Of a stretch of DNA of 64,000 nt, positions 41,079 to 55,238 are shown piece after piece (the first letter of the stretch is position 1; the number at the start of each line of letters is the position of its first letter). This DNA comes from Auanema rhodensis. Its lineage: Eukaryota > Animalia > Nematoda. The position numbers were made by a program, and so were the translations under genes. The notes below the pieces were generated by a model. That model was not told the DNA's origin and searched no databases. It saw only the letters and a program-made list of their open reading frames with translations. The stretch covers positions 12,524,001 to 12,588,000 of the forward strand of contig OZ059899.1 in NCBI GenBank assembly GCA_964057225.1. Reading direction: 5' to 3'.

Positions 41079-41243
41079 GCTTTAATTAACAATTATCTCC
41101 ATAATAACTTAATTATCAATGTTTTGCATGTTTTAGCATGAGAAATTAAAAAATGTATTCACTTATTAGTCCAGGAGACTCCGATATTTATTCATTTTAC
41201 TTACAAAAAAGCTCAAATTATCTTCAAGTTGTCATTGAAATGT

Positions 41244-41249
41244 AATAAA
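41244..41249 (+). terminator. Probable polyadenylation signal of the Argonaute gene
   Basis: AATAAA about 165 nt after the stop, followed by T-rich sequence. Confidence 0.55.
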
Positions 41250-41733
41250 ACTGGTTTTATTTAAATTTGTTTTAACTAATTTTATATGAAAAAACGTCAA
41301 TTTTTCAAATGAGCAGTGGTGAACACTTAGTCATGTATCTCTACTTTGAACAGCAAATTGAGTTCACTTTGGTATTTTCTCCGAGTTTTTCCAAAATATT
41401 GAAATTGTTTGAAGTTTGTCTGGAAATGTCAATGAATCTTCAAAGTTTAAAAGAAGAAGAAAAAGAAGAAAAAGAAGAAAAAGATGAAAAGAGAAGGAAA
41501 ATGGGTTTGAATTTGCATGAGTCAACGGTGTTCTTAACATGAAGTAAGTGCCAATATTACGATGACTATGTCATAAGAACATCTCTTCTTACTTTACTTA
41601 CTTACTATAAACGGAATTGTTGTTTGATGTATGAAGTGGTCACGCTGCATAAGTTTAAACGTTGAGAGAGAGAGAGAGAGGGGGGAAGGTATCATCATGA
41701 TGTAGTTATTTGATACACAAACATACTACGAAT

Positions 41734-42240
41734 ATGAAAATTCTAGTGTTCAGCTTATTTCTTCCTTTATGTAAGTTTCTAATTATAATTATTATAATGT
41801 ATAATCTAATATTTTAAAACAGTTGTTTCATCATTAAAATGCCATTTGTGCGATACATTTGACGGTTATTGTAGTTTTGATGATCGAAAATGTGTAGGAA
41901 GTCGATGTGCTAAACGATCTGTAATACTTGATAGTAAGCTATTTCATCATCATATATGCATATGTATATTAGAATCATTTTCTTATTCTTGTTCAGATGG
42001 CATGATACGAGTTCAGAAGTTCTGTCAATCATCAGATACACCACCTGGTTGTCGTGCTGCCATCTTATGGCAAGGTCTACCGGTACGCAGTAACAGCTCT
42101 ATCTGAATTCAGAATTTCTATAACATTTACTACAAGTTTAGGGAGAAGAATGTGTATGTGATGATGGTGATTTCTGTAATAATTCAAATTCTACTATATA
42201 TTCAGTTATATATTTAATAATTCTAATTTATATGATATAG
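41734..42240 (+). CDS. Small Ly-6/uPAR (three-finger) protein, 110 aa, predicted GPI-anchored
   Basis: Exons 41734-41770, 41823-41933, 41997-42082, 42142-42240 give MKILVFSLFLPLFVSSLKCHLCDTFDGYCSFDDRKCVGSRCAKRSVILDNGMIRVQKFCQSSDTPPGCRAAILWQGLPGEECVCDDGDFCNNSNSTIYSVIYLIILIYMI*. It has a signal peptide, LKCxxC start, 10 Cys, CxCxxxxxCN and a hydrophobic C-terminus. Confidence 0.88.
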
Positions 42241-42588
42241 TATATAATTTATGTTATTTAATTAAGAAAAAAATATTTGAATAAGATCTTTTATGTATAA
42301 CTTCATGAATAATTAGAAATCAATTGATTGTACTCATAAAGAAATCAAAAAACATCAATGTTGTATGAGAGAAAAAGAAGAAAAAAACACATTTTTGAGC
42401 TGAATAAAGAAGAATATAGAAAATCTTTTGAATGTATAAACCCGTTTACATAATTGTCACAGAAAGTTGGAAATATAAATGTTTAAATTTTGAATTTGAC
42501 ATGAAATAAAGAAATAAAATAAGAGAAGAAGTTAAATTGAGAGAGAGTTGACCAGACAGACAGGTAAGCAGAGAGAGGACGAGAAAGG

Positions 42589-42591
<3 letters not shown>

Positions 42592-42667
<76 letters not shown>

Positions 42668-42680
42668 CGAGAGAGAGAGA
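42592..42680. repeat. (GA)n microsatellite
   Basis: Seen directly. Confidence 0.95.
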
Positions 42681-43056
42681 TAGCGAGATACAATTGAAGA
42701 TGAGAGATTTCTGATTACAATATGAGATCATTATATAGATTATAAATCATTTTTAACTATATGTATACATATATTATGAGAAAAAGAAGAGTTATTTAAT
42801 AATTAAATAAACAAAGCAGGCCGTTATCACATTGATTTCACCTTTTTTTAGGAAAAAACTGGGCTGAATAACAAGCTGACTGTATTTTGGAAACAAAAAA
42901 AATAAATTAAGCTGGCACTTTTGGGGCACTTTTGAAAAACTTTTTGACAAAAATAGGTTTCTGTTTGTTTAAATGAAAATTTGTATATTAAATGAATGAA
43001 GATGCTATCAAAGGAAAAACATTTGAATATCACAAACAAGCCTAGCAGATGCTAAG

Positions 43057-46000
43057 TTAGGGATTTAGAGTTGCTGTACTGATAGCAACTGCATTTGTTG
43101 TCCCATTTGAAGCTGGACCATCCTTATTTTCTTTACTCTCCTTCGTGTTCCAGAGTGTTCGATAGGTTAAGACAAGGTTGTGTCCGAGGTTCGTAAAGCT
43201 GTTTGGCCGGGCTGGTGTGTGACGACCATCTAAGTCGCCGTTTGGAGATCGTGTTCGTGCACGACGCTCACTGCATCGACTCGTTGCTCCACCAACTCCA
43301 ATGCGTTTAGAGCTGCAAAACAGTAATGAGTATTAGGCTGCTGTTAAGCTGCTCATAATGTTGTACCTTGCATTACGTTCAAGTTGTCTAGCCATGGAAT
43401 TAGCTACGGCAGCAGTTGATGTTTCCAAAAGGGTAGAAGTCTGCTGTTCTAAAGATACACTATGACCGTAGCTATCGAGCCAAGACTGTCGTCGTCCACG
43501 AGCAGATGTACCCGAATGAGCTGAATCATCGGATATATCGCTTCCTCCTAAAAAATCTTTGAATAATGAAGTTATACGATATGAATAGTTATACTGACCA
43601 ATCCGAATGCTCATATCGCTTTCCAAGGATCCTCGACTATCTCGTGATTCACGTCGCCCACGATCCTCTAGACGACCATCAGCTGACAGGAAGGACATTT
43701 TCCTGAACGAATTCCTATAACGATAGTAAAGATTGATTGAATTTTCAGTTTTCACTCTTCAAACTAATATAAACGCACGTCAACGCTAACTTAAATGTGG
43801 ATAAAACTCAAAGATATGATAAGAAAATCAAAGCCATTCGAATGAATGCACGTGCTTAATGTGCTAAAATCTATCTATTTATCTGAAAAATTGATTTACA
43901 CATCGTCCAAGTTTAGAATGTTTATAACGTCTGTATATCGACATGCTAACGAAGAAAACAGTAAGAAGAATTACTAAGATAATGAGAAGGAGGTTGTGAT
44001 GACGACGACGGTGACGATGATGATGACGATGATGGCGACGACGATGAAGATGATGATGAGAATCATCGGCTATGGAGAATTCTAAACTGACTACGACATG
44101 CAGGGGGATACAATGATGAATGTAAACGTCATTCATCTCTCGAATATCACTCAAATAAAAATCTGATTGTAGCTCAAGCTTCATGAAACAAACAGATGAG
44201 ATTGTCGTTGTAAATCCACAATCAGATTTTTGTAATTTAACAGTAAAACAACCAAAGGCTGAGAAGTGAATTTGAAATATGTACCTTGAATCACTACTGA
44301 AAGATGGTCGAGCAGCACTAATCATGACTCGAGGTAAGTTAGTGCTCGACATAGAGACTAAACGGCTTCCCAGTCGTCTAGAAAATCGACATAATCAATT
44401 TGAAATAGGGGATTATCGATGAGATAAGTGATAGGATAAGAATTGAAGAGAGAGAGAGAGAGATCAAGATAGACTTGACCGCTTAGTCCGTTTCCACCAT
44501 ATATTGAAATTCGAAGCTTGAGCTTTCGTCAGACTTTTGGAAATGACAAAGCTGAGGCAGCAGAGCAAGCAAACAAAGCTTTAAAGCTAAGTTTTAAAGC
44601 CCAGGTAAAGCATAGCTAAGTTATTGCAATGGGTATGGCAGAAATGGATTAAGCAGGCAAGTCGGTTATGCATATTTGGTTTATAAGCTTCCGATGAAGA
44701 TTGATAATATCCAATGAATGATCTATGTTCAGGTGACTTACCCTTGACCTAACTGATTATGAAGAGCATGACGATCATCCTCTTCATATCGAATCTGCTC
44801 CACAATATCCAGAAGTATCCTAACACTAGACATTACGTCATCGAATTGTGCTGATCTGCAAAACAATTGATGAAGAAAATACAAATGGAAAAAAAAGCTT
44901 TGAGCTCATATCAGCAGACATACGTTAGCTCTTTCTGTGATATGCCTATACATAGAGGATTCAGAAGATGTATGCAGATTTGTTGTGGATCACGTAGACG
45001 AACAGGGTCGCGAGTCACAATACGTTGTACAAGCCCTGAATGATGTAGATTGAATACGAATACTTGCACAAAGCTTCAACATACGTGATTTAGCATGAAC
45101 AATTGCATGATGGTGTGAGTTACAGAGCGAAGCACACTGTAACAGATCATGTAAAGCTGCTGCATCACAGCGATCTGATATGGAGACAAGTGACACGAGC
45201 AAGTCCAGCTGACGCTGCAAAATAGAACAAAACGTGAAATAAAAGCGATCCAAAAGCCAAATCGAATTACCGGAACGTTGTCGTGCAGGAATGGTGGCAG
45301 GCACATGATTGTCGGCAGAAGACGTCGACAGATGAATGTCAACGGCAGAAATTCTGCTACATGATTCAGTGATCGTACGGCCGATGACTGCAAGCAAATC
45401 ACTCAAGCATTATTTAGTCATATTCAAAATATCATTTTTGGCATTTTTCTTCTTCCACACAGCAAAAAGATTGGAAATTGAGTAGAAAAAGTAATTTTCT
45501 TTGCAATTTGGAGGAAGGAAAGGAGGGAGGGGGTGCAGGAAAGACAAATACATTGGAAGCTGTTGTGTGAGTGTAGTACGTGGCAAACGAATGCAACCAA
45601 ACCATTATCTCACTTCAATGATGGAGGTGAAGGAGGTGAAGAAAGACAAAAGGAAGACAAGAGATAATCTTGAAATACCTGTAAGCTGGTGTCTTCGGAT
45701 TTGAGTGAATGAACTATGATTTCCATGCATTTGTCTTCGACTTTCTCATCGGATAACCTGCGGAACATAGAACTCATGTTTTCCAGAACAACAGATCGAA
45801 GCTGAAAAGTGATATAAAGCAAACTGATTATGTAATAGACAGAAAGAAATGTAGAGTGGGGATAGATAAACTGAGATGCAAAAGACGGAAGGCGGAAGGA
45901 AAAAGCTGATGTTGTTGTCTGTATGTTCAGTCGGCTTCAACTTCCAATTTAATGCGGTAGATAAGAAAGGAAAAGATATATGAGTTTGTAGTAGTCGTAT

Positions 46001-46070
46001 TAGTAGAGACAAGACAAGCAGTTAGCCTACCCTGAACTATAAAGCCATGTTATCCCCCTCCCTCTCTCTC

Positions 46071-46114
<44 letters not shown>

Positions 46115-46120
46115 TCTCTC

Positions 46121-46170
<50 letters not shown>

Positions 46171-46371
46171 ATGTTCTATTCAACTAATTCTCTGTTCCGC
46201 TTTCCTTACTTTTTTTTGGTGAGGCAACTCCACTTTCCGTCTATTTAGCCTAATTTAAGAAGTGAGGGGTGAGCCATTTTTCCAAATTGCAATCTAGAGC
46301 AACTTGAACTTTTAAATTCGCTCCATTTCTCTTTGCCTATATCACTACCATTTCTTCACTCACATCCCTCC

Positions 46372-46414
<43 letters not shown>

Positions 46415-49309
46415 ACCTTAAACACAGATGAACGTCATGGATATAAAATAGACAAAAACATTGAATACAAGATGAAATCGAAAAACGTTAGCCCAAAAAA
46501 TGGAAAAAAGAACAATTAAAGCAGGAATACGTCTAGTGAAATATGTATAACGAATTCAAGAATTTTCAATAAAAATGAAATTGTCCGAAAACAAAACATG
46601 AAAAATGAGAATGAAGGATTAGATATACCGAGAAAGGATAATAGAAAAGACAGATACTACTAGCATGACGAAGATGAGACTGCTGCTGTAGCTGAAGCTA
46701 ATGCTGATGCTGATGCTAATGCTGATGCTGATGCTGATGATGAAGGTGAAACTGATAATGATTCTAATGCTACTCGATGTTTCAGCAGTAGCAGTACTAT
46801 GCAGTACGTTGAAGATGAGCCTTATGTTGCTGAATGCCAAGCAAAGTTGGAAGAAGAGAGAGCAGAAAACAGACAAATAGATGAAGAAATCCAGTAGCAA
46901 CGAAGACGAAATTATGAGAAAAAATGATTTAAGATGGAAAAAGATTGGACGAATAATGAGAAGAAAATGGAATAGAGCAGTATGAAAGAGAAACAAGAGC
47001 AAGCCGCCAGGCAGAGAGTTGAAGAGCAAGAAGGAGAGAGAGAGAGAGAAAGAGAAAAAAGAGAAAAAGAAAGAGAGGGAGAGATAGAGAGCGCGCGAAA
47101 GCGATATAGAGATAGGAATAGATATTGAGATATCAGGGCTGAAAGAGAATCATAATATACTAACCGACGACTTTTGTGCTTGAGCCTGATCAACAATTTT
47201 TCTCATCCAAGGACGTAATTTGTGGAAATTATGACTTTCACAGTGCTCGAGTATGTAGAATAACGGCTTTGCAACTGAAGGACAGAATTCTGGTCGCTCA
47301 TAGAATTGATCATTTAGCCGCGGCAGCACACGGGAGAACCACAATGTCTGAAATGAGAATCAGATGAAGTTTTGCTGGAATCGAAATTAATGAAAGACTA
47401 ATCATACACAACATCAACGATGAGGAAGTTCCTCCTTTATAGAAAACTATAACAGAGGATGATAAAGTGAACCTCACACATACTCCCGGCAATTATGATA
47501 TTGATGATGCAGATGGATTTAAAGGGAAAAATGGTTACCAAAAACTTTTTGTATAGGAATTGTGTCGGAAAAACTTCAAAAACTTGTGCAAGGACAATAC
47601 GTGAGAATGAAGAAATCTAAACGTTACCTCAGGAATATTCGGTAATGCTGCTACAAACGTATGAGAAAGGAAGTGCACAACGTTTGATGGATCAAACACC
47701 TGTCCTATATCATCAAGTTGACGCAAAGCTGATAATGCTGGATCGTTGAAATGCGGTATCTGTAAACAGATGCGTATGATTACGCATGTAATCTGTATGA
47801 ACTGACCAAAGCCAATAGTTGGACTGTGGGCCGAACACGAACATCTTGGCTTAGTACTAGTTGCATAGATTCCTTCAAATGAACACCTAGCTCATCAGCT
47901 ATGCATGTAAGAGCAACATCAAGCTGCAAGTTGAAAGTCATAATTAAACAAATTTAATTAAATTCATAAGAAAATGATAGATATCAAGTTCAAACCTGAT
48001 CAATTATGATTGCATGTGTGTCTAAATTATTTTTTGCATCAATCAGCCGTTTACCGCCTGAAACACATACACATTCATTTCAAAAACTGAGGGGGGAGAA
48101 ACTGAATAACATGTCTTGTCATCATGTGTTCACCGACCTGCATATATCCAACAAATGACCAAACCCAAAGAGAATACATCAGCTGCTGACGTCACATGCG
48201 TCTGATTAGCTCTCAGATATTCAGGAGCCAAAAAATCCAGATCAGGCTGAAGACTAGCCGGAAGCTTTTTCGTCCATGGATAACAGGGATAAACATTCTG
48301 AATATACGTAACGTAAGCATTCACACTATTTCAATTTTCAAATTAAGTTCTTCGAATATGATATGAATATCAGATTTTCATATAAAGACTTCATAATCAA
48401 TATGAACAAAAAACGTATATTTTGTCTCATAAGGCGTCATTTTCACATGCTCAGTCGTAGAGCTTAGAGCTTATTAACTGTGTCATCGAAAAGCCCTTCT
48501 TGAAATATATTCTGGGAGTTTATGATTTTTACATATGTGGTTTTCATCAGCTATCCGAACTTCATAATACTAATAAGTAAAATATGAAACATACGGGCTC
48601 TCGTGCAGCTACAGCAAATGATAATCCAGCTATTTTCCATTGTCTAGACGACGTTACATAGATTGCGGCTGGAGTCAAATTTCCATGAAGGATTTTGGCT
48701 GAATTATGTAAAAAAGCTAATCCATCAATAATCTATAATGATTAATAAATATATTTATTCCGAAGAAAATGATTAAAATTACTTGTAAAATTCCCAATTT
48801 CATTTCCAAACATTCAATTCCATCTTCTATAACCAAATTTTCTAATGTTGTATGGATTGGCTCTGTTGCAAATGCCATCATATCTCTATAAAAATACAAA
48901 ACATTCATAAAGAATCAGCCTTAATACACATAATTAGGTTGTTAATTTCAACTTAATTTATACTTTTCCATATTAAATAATAAAAAAACACGTACTTATT
49001 ATCTTCTAAGGCATGAAGTGAATGCAGAATCCGTGGGTGTGCTAATTGGCACAACTGAGTTACTTCATATCTGCAACATGTCGCATCAGAAACTTGACCG
49101 AGTAGATAAGAAAAACGTCAAGAACATATGATTTCTGATCTTTTTGCCCTTTTGAAAAAACAAAAAAAAGACACAAAGAAAACCGTACTTGAGCAGATCG
49201 ACCAGAGCAAACTTGTTGACACGTCCAATGCGAGGAGGAGCTTTAATATTATTTTTACGTTCAAACACAAACACTGATGCTTCCTGTAAATATGGATAAT
49301 TTACATATA

Positions 49310-49347
<38 letters not shown>

Positions 49348-50204
49348 TTATCATAATTATAATCATAATAATATTATAAATATAATAATAATTATAATTA
49401 ATATTATGTACTTTGAATTATGAATTTGTATAATATCTAATAGATTTGTTTATGTTACTCATTAATCTTTGGACATCATCATTTGATTTTGATGAATATA
49501 TGCATGTTGTATATATGACAACGATGTATAAAGCATATGAAAAGAGGTTTATCAAGAGGTTTTAAGCACAAATATTATGTTTTTTGAATTATTTACTAAC
49601 TATATAGTATATAATAATTATTATATAATATATGTATATTGGAATAAAAAAATTTGAATTATGCTAAAATATTTTAAAATATACATACATATAGTTATGC
49701 AACTATTATAAAGGGTATTGCTTGAATATAAGGACAACACACACACACTCTCCCTCTCTTTCTCTCTCTCACCATACACAACCGCTTTTTGCATCATTTT
49801 TTTCAAAAATAAACTTTTTTTACGTGAATAGATGAATATAATGATTCACGTGATTATTCTAATTTTATAAAATATATAAATTAAACAGTCATTAAATGAA
49901 AATATGTATGAAAATGAATCAATTACGAGAGAGAATTGATAGCCTACGGCAGTTAAGCTGAAGTCTCATGCATCAGCATCATTTTTAGCTTAATCTATGC
50001 AAATTCTTTCATTTTGTATTGAATATTTGTGATTTGTAAACTATTTAAAAACAAATTAACCTTTTCACTAACTAGACTTTTTGCTGCATAAACCTTCCAA
50101 TGAGCTGCTTGAAATCGGTACTCTAGTTGGCCAAATGACTTATCTAATGGCGTCATTCCGCCGGTGGCCGGTGGAGGGCTAACGGCCACCCGGTTCGGAA
50201 CCAT
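43057..50204 (-). CDS. SCY1-like pseudokinase (SCYL2-like): kinase-like domain, HEAT-like helices, Ser/Arg-rich tail
   Basis: 19 minus-strand exons: 50061-50213, 49189-49283, 48996-49070, 48783-48885, 48595-48732, 48138-48297, 47996-48057, 47807-47923, 47628-47759, 47165-47347, 45679-45801, 45271-45387, 45085-45214, 44924-45035, 44742-44855, 44285-44377, 43599-43702, 43367-43547, 43057-43312. Motifs [47 protein letters not shown] (HGN in place of HRD), WKIAGLSF (no DFG) and [10 protein letters not shown] are the SCYL signature. Confidence 0.9.
46063..46165. repeat. (CT)n microsatellite
   Basis: Seen directly. Confidence 0.95.
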
Positions 50205-50773
50205 CGTCAGTTCCTGAAATAAAAATAATATTAAATGAATAGACATAGTAAAAAAGAAGAGATGGTTGCTGAAATTGATGTGTGAATATAAAGCTCGAAA
50301 AGCTTGATGAAAGACCTTTTTCAGTGTCAATTATGATTTGATCTAGTTAAAAGTTCACTTTTTTATCTTTTTTCTTTCTTTTTTTCAAATGAAAAATAGA
50401 AAGATGAAGAGAGAAATGAGTACAAGGTGAATAAGTGAGTATGAGCAATGAGCATAGAGAGATAGTAATATGATTTACAAGAGGAAAAAGTTGCAAAGAA
50501 AATATAAAAACTTGAATGTATGAGGTATAATTTTGACGAAAACGGATGGAAAGTCTGCTTCATTGCAATGAGACAAGCCATTCAAATGAGGGAGGGAGGG
50601 AGGCTAAGATGAAATGTGAGAAAGTGTAAGAGGTAGAGGTATGATATTGAAGTTCTACTTGTGGGGCAAAGTCATAAAAATAGAAAAAACCCAGAAGTCA
50701 TAGTTCAGAGAGTAATGAAGTATGAGAGATAGAGAGAGAGTAAGAGAGAGTATGAGAAAGAAAGAGAGAGCAA

Positions 50774-50819
<46 letters not shown>

Positions 50820-52348
50820 AATTATGGATAGAAAAAAAGAGAGAAAGGAAGATGAAGAAATGCGAAAGAGGTTGATTGGAAATGAAATCTCAGATTCCGA
50901 GTTCTAATCTATCTTACTCTTCCTAGTTTTGTCCCTTTTTTCTTTCTTTCTCCGATCTCACATTCTCAGCTCATGTAGTAGTATCCTTAATTAAAATTGC
51001 TGTCTCGATGGCTCGTTTAATTTTAGTTTCGCGTGACTTTTCTAGGTTCTCTCTCTCTGTTTTCTCTCTCTCTATACTCATCAGATCATCTAGCAGTCGT
51101 CTCTCTTTTCATTTATCTCTTCCTTTTACTATTTTTTTCTTATTTTTTTTCCTTTTCTTTCATTAACTAATTCATTATTCATTCTATTCTAGTAATTAAC
51201 TTCAAAATGTCTTTGATTTCATTCAACAAACGAAAACTTCTTTTTTGATTTGTGAGCTCATAGTCTGAGTAGATTCATGACAAGCATCAAGTAGCAGCCT
51301 ATTAATGTTCATTCATGATCATCATCTTCATAACGTTTTCGCAACACGAACCACCATCCAAACTGTTATTTTCCATTTGATATTTCTTTTCCTTTCCCTC
51401 TTTCCCCCTCTCTATGAATACATTCAAATCAACCTTTAACAGCACAAAAATCTAAAAAAAAAGTTTTTTTTTCAGCTTTCTAACCTTCTCTATGCTATTC
51501 CTATAGCTTATATATGCTGTTTTCTCTATTCTATTCATTCATAGAAACATTTGAAATTTAAAAACAAAATAATTGAAAATTTGAAAGAAAGAAAGAAAAA
51601 TGAATAAAGTAAATATTACTATTACGTATATATTTGATGAAAATTGAAATAGATGGAAGAAAAATGAAATATGCTGATGATAAAGTGCATCAAGATGAAA
51701 AATTACATAAAGAATCTTATATATATAATTAGAAGATTTTTTCAATAGGCTATGAATAGTTTCAGGTCTAATAGTTAATTAGTTCGCAGCGGAACATCTT
51801 CTACTTCATCAAAATGCTCTCTCTCTCTTTTTCTCTCCCTTCTCTCTCTCTCTTCCTCTCTCTCTCTCTCTATTTTCTATGGGTTAGAAATACATTAAAC
51901 TTCATTTTCTATATGTGGCTTTCTTTTGATTTCTCTACTCATTTCATTCATCTTATTCTGTTCATTCATTTTCTCGTTGCTCAAATACTCCATATAAAGA
52001 TATTTAGATATACATAGTATATAATATATAATATATTAGAAACTGAGATCATAGATTTAGTTATGAAATTCTCTTTTCTTTTCTCAAAGAATACTTCACT
52101 TTCTCTCTCTCTCTCTCTTTCTCTCTCTTTCTTACCCTCCTTCTATAGTTTATACGTATGTTTCACTTTCGTCTCTTGTATTCTCAATAACCATTATACT
52201 CTATAGTATTGAGGTATGAAAGTGTAGGCGTGGTTCATATGAATGATGCTTGTCACAATGATAATCAAATAAAATTGATTGTGTTATTTCAAAATTCATA
52301 AATACAAAACGGATAGACAATATATACTTAAATATATATAAATATATA

Positions 52349-52384
<36 letters not shown>

Positions 52385-52757
52385 TATATGTCTATATATC
52401 TGAGGTCATGTTGCAGGCTAGCAAGCTTGCTGATTATCTCACAAGGCTGTTAGTTCAATACAAATACAACTTGGAATTATTCGAACAAAAACAATACATT
52501 TTACTAGTCAAAACACAGCTATCTTATCGACGAAACAGATTATTCATATAAGTATATTATACTATTGGTATTGCTAATTTGCAAAAGAAACAGAGAACGC
52601 TTGTTCAAGTTCAAACATGTGTTTATCAGAGTTCAGAACAATACTGTGACGTCGTCAGCTTATGATGTAAGTTTTATGTAAAAAAAGTTTGAAAAATAAT
52701 AAATAAATAAATAAAGTCAAAGTATGTTATAACTATTATATGAAGTAATTATTTATA

Positions 52758-52850
52758 TTCACGTAATCTGCGTGAAAAATTATGCATAATCACGTGGATT
52801 ACGTGATAATAATTATGTGTATTCACGTGATCTACGTGTAACATGTACAT
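52758..52850. promoter_or_regulatory. Cluster of E-box-like (T)CACGTG(A)/TTACGTGA motifs
   Basis: ttcacgtaa...gcgtgaa...tcacgtgg.ttacgtga...ttcacgtga.ctacgtgt within about 90 bp of the large SCYL intron. Confidence 0.4.
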
Positions 52851-53556
52851 GTGTAGATAAAGATAAATTTCAATCTCATTTAATAATTTGTTAGACGATA
52901 AACGGCTTGATTGAAAAATGAACGAGAAAAGCTTTCAAAATTTTAAATTAAAGGAAATGAGGTGTTAGAAATTTTGATTTGAAAATATAAAGATAGTTAC
53001 TGAAAATAAAATATTATATATATATATATATATATATAATATGTATAATATATATATTAACGTAATATCCTGATTAGAATATATATAGATATATATATAG
53101 ATATATAGATATTTGTTGTTGTTGTTGTTATTTATTATATAGAATAAATAGTAACGAATTGGAATACACAAATAAACAAATAAAATCATTAGTATATACA
53201 TATAAATATATCGTATATCATATAGTTTCAACATATACATATGTATGTATACATACATACATGGATGTGATGCGCTGATGCTGGTGATATGTTGATTTGC
53301 AGGAAAAATAAAGATTTCGATGCCGAGAGATAATACTATAGACATGTACATTAACATATATTGTATATAGATAAGTGAAAAAAAAAGAAAAAAATACATT
53401 ATTATGAAGAAACATTTGAAGAAAGATGTATGTTATGGATGAATGAATAGATGACAATACTGATTAAAGGACAGAAGATATTATATAAGAGTTGGTGATA
53501 AGTGAGCAAAATGTGTTATAGTAAATAAATGAAATAAGTCAATGAGCAGATGAGGT

Positions 53557-53627
<71 letters not shown>

Positions 53628-54415
53628 GAGAGAGAAAAAAAAAGAGAGAGAGCTAGTATAGAGATTACTATTCGGAATAAGATGAAAAGCTGAAGATAAA
53701 CCTAGATGAATTAAATTCAATTACTATAAATCAGCAGGTATATATACATGAGTTGATGCCATATAATAGAAGCTGTTATAGACGTTGAAATAGTTTGATT
53801 GAAATTACTAAATAGAGTTTTGCAACATATTCGACATATTCATGCACATGTACGTATGTTTCGATGTATGTGCTATGTGCGATTATGAAGTTTGTGCTTT
53901 CGAAGCGTTGACTAGCAGGTGTTCATATGGCAAAAAAAAAAAAGATAAATAGAGAAGAAAAGCAAAAGTAATAATAACTATATAATCAAAAATTAGAAGG
54001 TGAAAGAGAAGAAAGAGCAAAGAAAAACAAGAAAGAGAAGGGAGGGGGGAAGATGAAGAAGTGATAATTCTAAACTGAGAATAGTATAATAGAACTAATA
54101 ATTGGAGCTTATGAACGAAGAGATAAACAGAGAGAGAAAAGGAAACAGCTTAACATACATAGCTCTCTCTTTCAATCTCCCCTCTCTCTCACTTTTATCT
54201 CTTTCTTATTTTTTATGCACATATGTTTCAGATATTGTGACTAAACTTTGAGAAAAAGTTATAAAATCTATGATTAAATAGATGTTCGCGTAATAAAAAA
54301 AATTTAAAAATAAATAAGAGCATTAGGAGATAACAAAGAAGGATTATGATGAATGAGAAATCAGAAATATCATGATTGACGTCGATTGACTAAGAAGAAG
54401 AGTATGGGACTTTAT

Positions 54416-54466
<51 letters not shown>

Positions 54467-55200
54467 GGTAGAAAGATACGAACACGCTTATGGATAAGAG
54501 CTATATTCATTAAGTTCATACATACATATGTATATTTGATATGTATAGATATACATATAGATGTTTCAAAATATCATTTCCGTCAAGAAAAATCAGTTGT
54601 ATTCTATAAAAAGTTTTGGAAACAAAGCGAAAATCACAAAAAATCAAAATGTTTGACTGTAGCATCATCCAGCTGTTTGAGCACATCATGAACATCATGA
54701 ACATCATAAGAAGAAGAAGAAAAAGAGGAAGAAGCAGCTATGTTTTTTCTTAAAAAAAAACGAAAAAACCATTTTTTTTTTGAAAATTAGTTATGCGAGT
54801 TTGGCCATGATGTAGATAGTCTAGCTCACAGATAGCACTCTTTGGAATTCATAATTCTATTCAGGCTGCACTCTCTCTAGCTCTAACTGTCATCTATTAT
54901 CTCTCTTCCCTCTATCTCTCACTCTCTCTCACTCTCTTTCTGTCTTTCACTGACTCCCACCCTCGTATTTCATTCGTTTTGTCTGTTCCTGTATACGTCA
55001 TTTCCAGATGAACTTTGCTGTCCGGCTTCAAAAACGGAAAAGTAAGCTCTTTGTCGTGTAACTGTGTACTACTGTTTGTTTTGAAGTCAATTCATATACA
55101 TTATTCAAGTCTCAAACGGCTAATTGTTACTGGACTGGAGATTGGAGCTTTGGTGGGAGAACAGGGGAAGTTGGAAAAATGGCTTTTAAGTTGAAACAGG

Positions 55201-55238
<38 letters not shown>

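Noticed and set aside
41078-41734. Argonaute-Ly-6 operon
   Set aside because: About 450-490 nt separate the poly(A) signal from the downstream start, longer than the roughly 100 nt typical of SL2 operons; untestable without SL reads.
55008-55047. Plus-strand mini-exon ttccag|ATG MNFAVRLQKRK|gtaagc nested in the SCYL intron
   Set aside because: Good splice signals, but I found no in-frame downstream exon.
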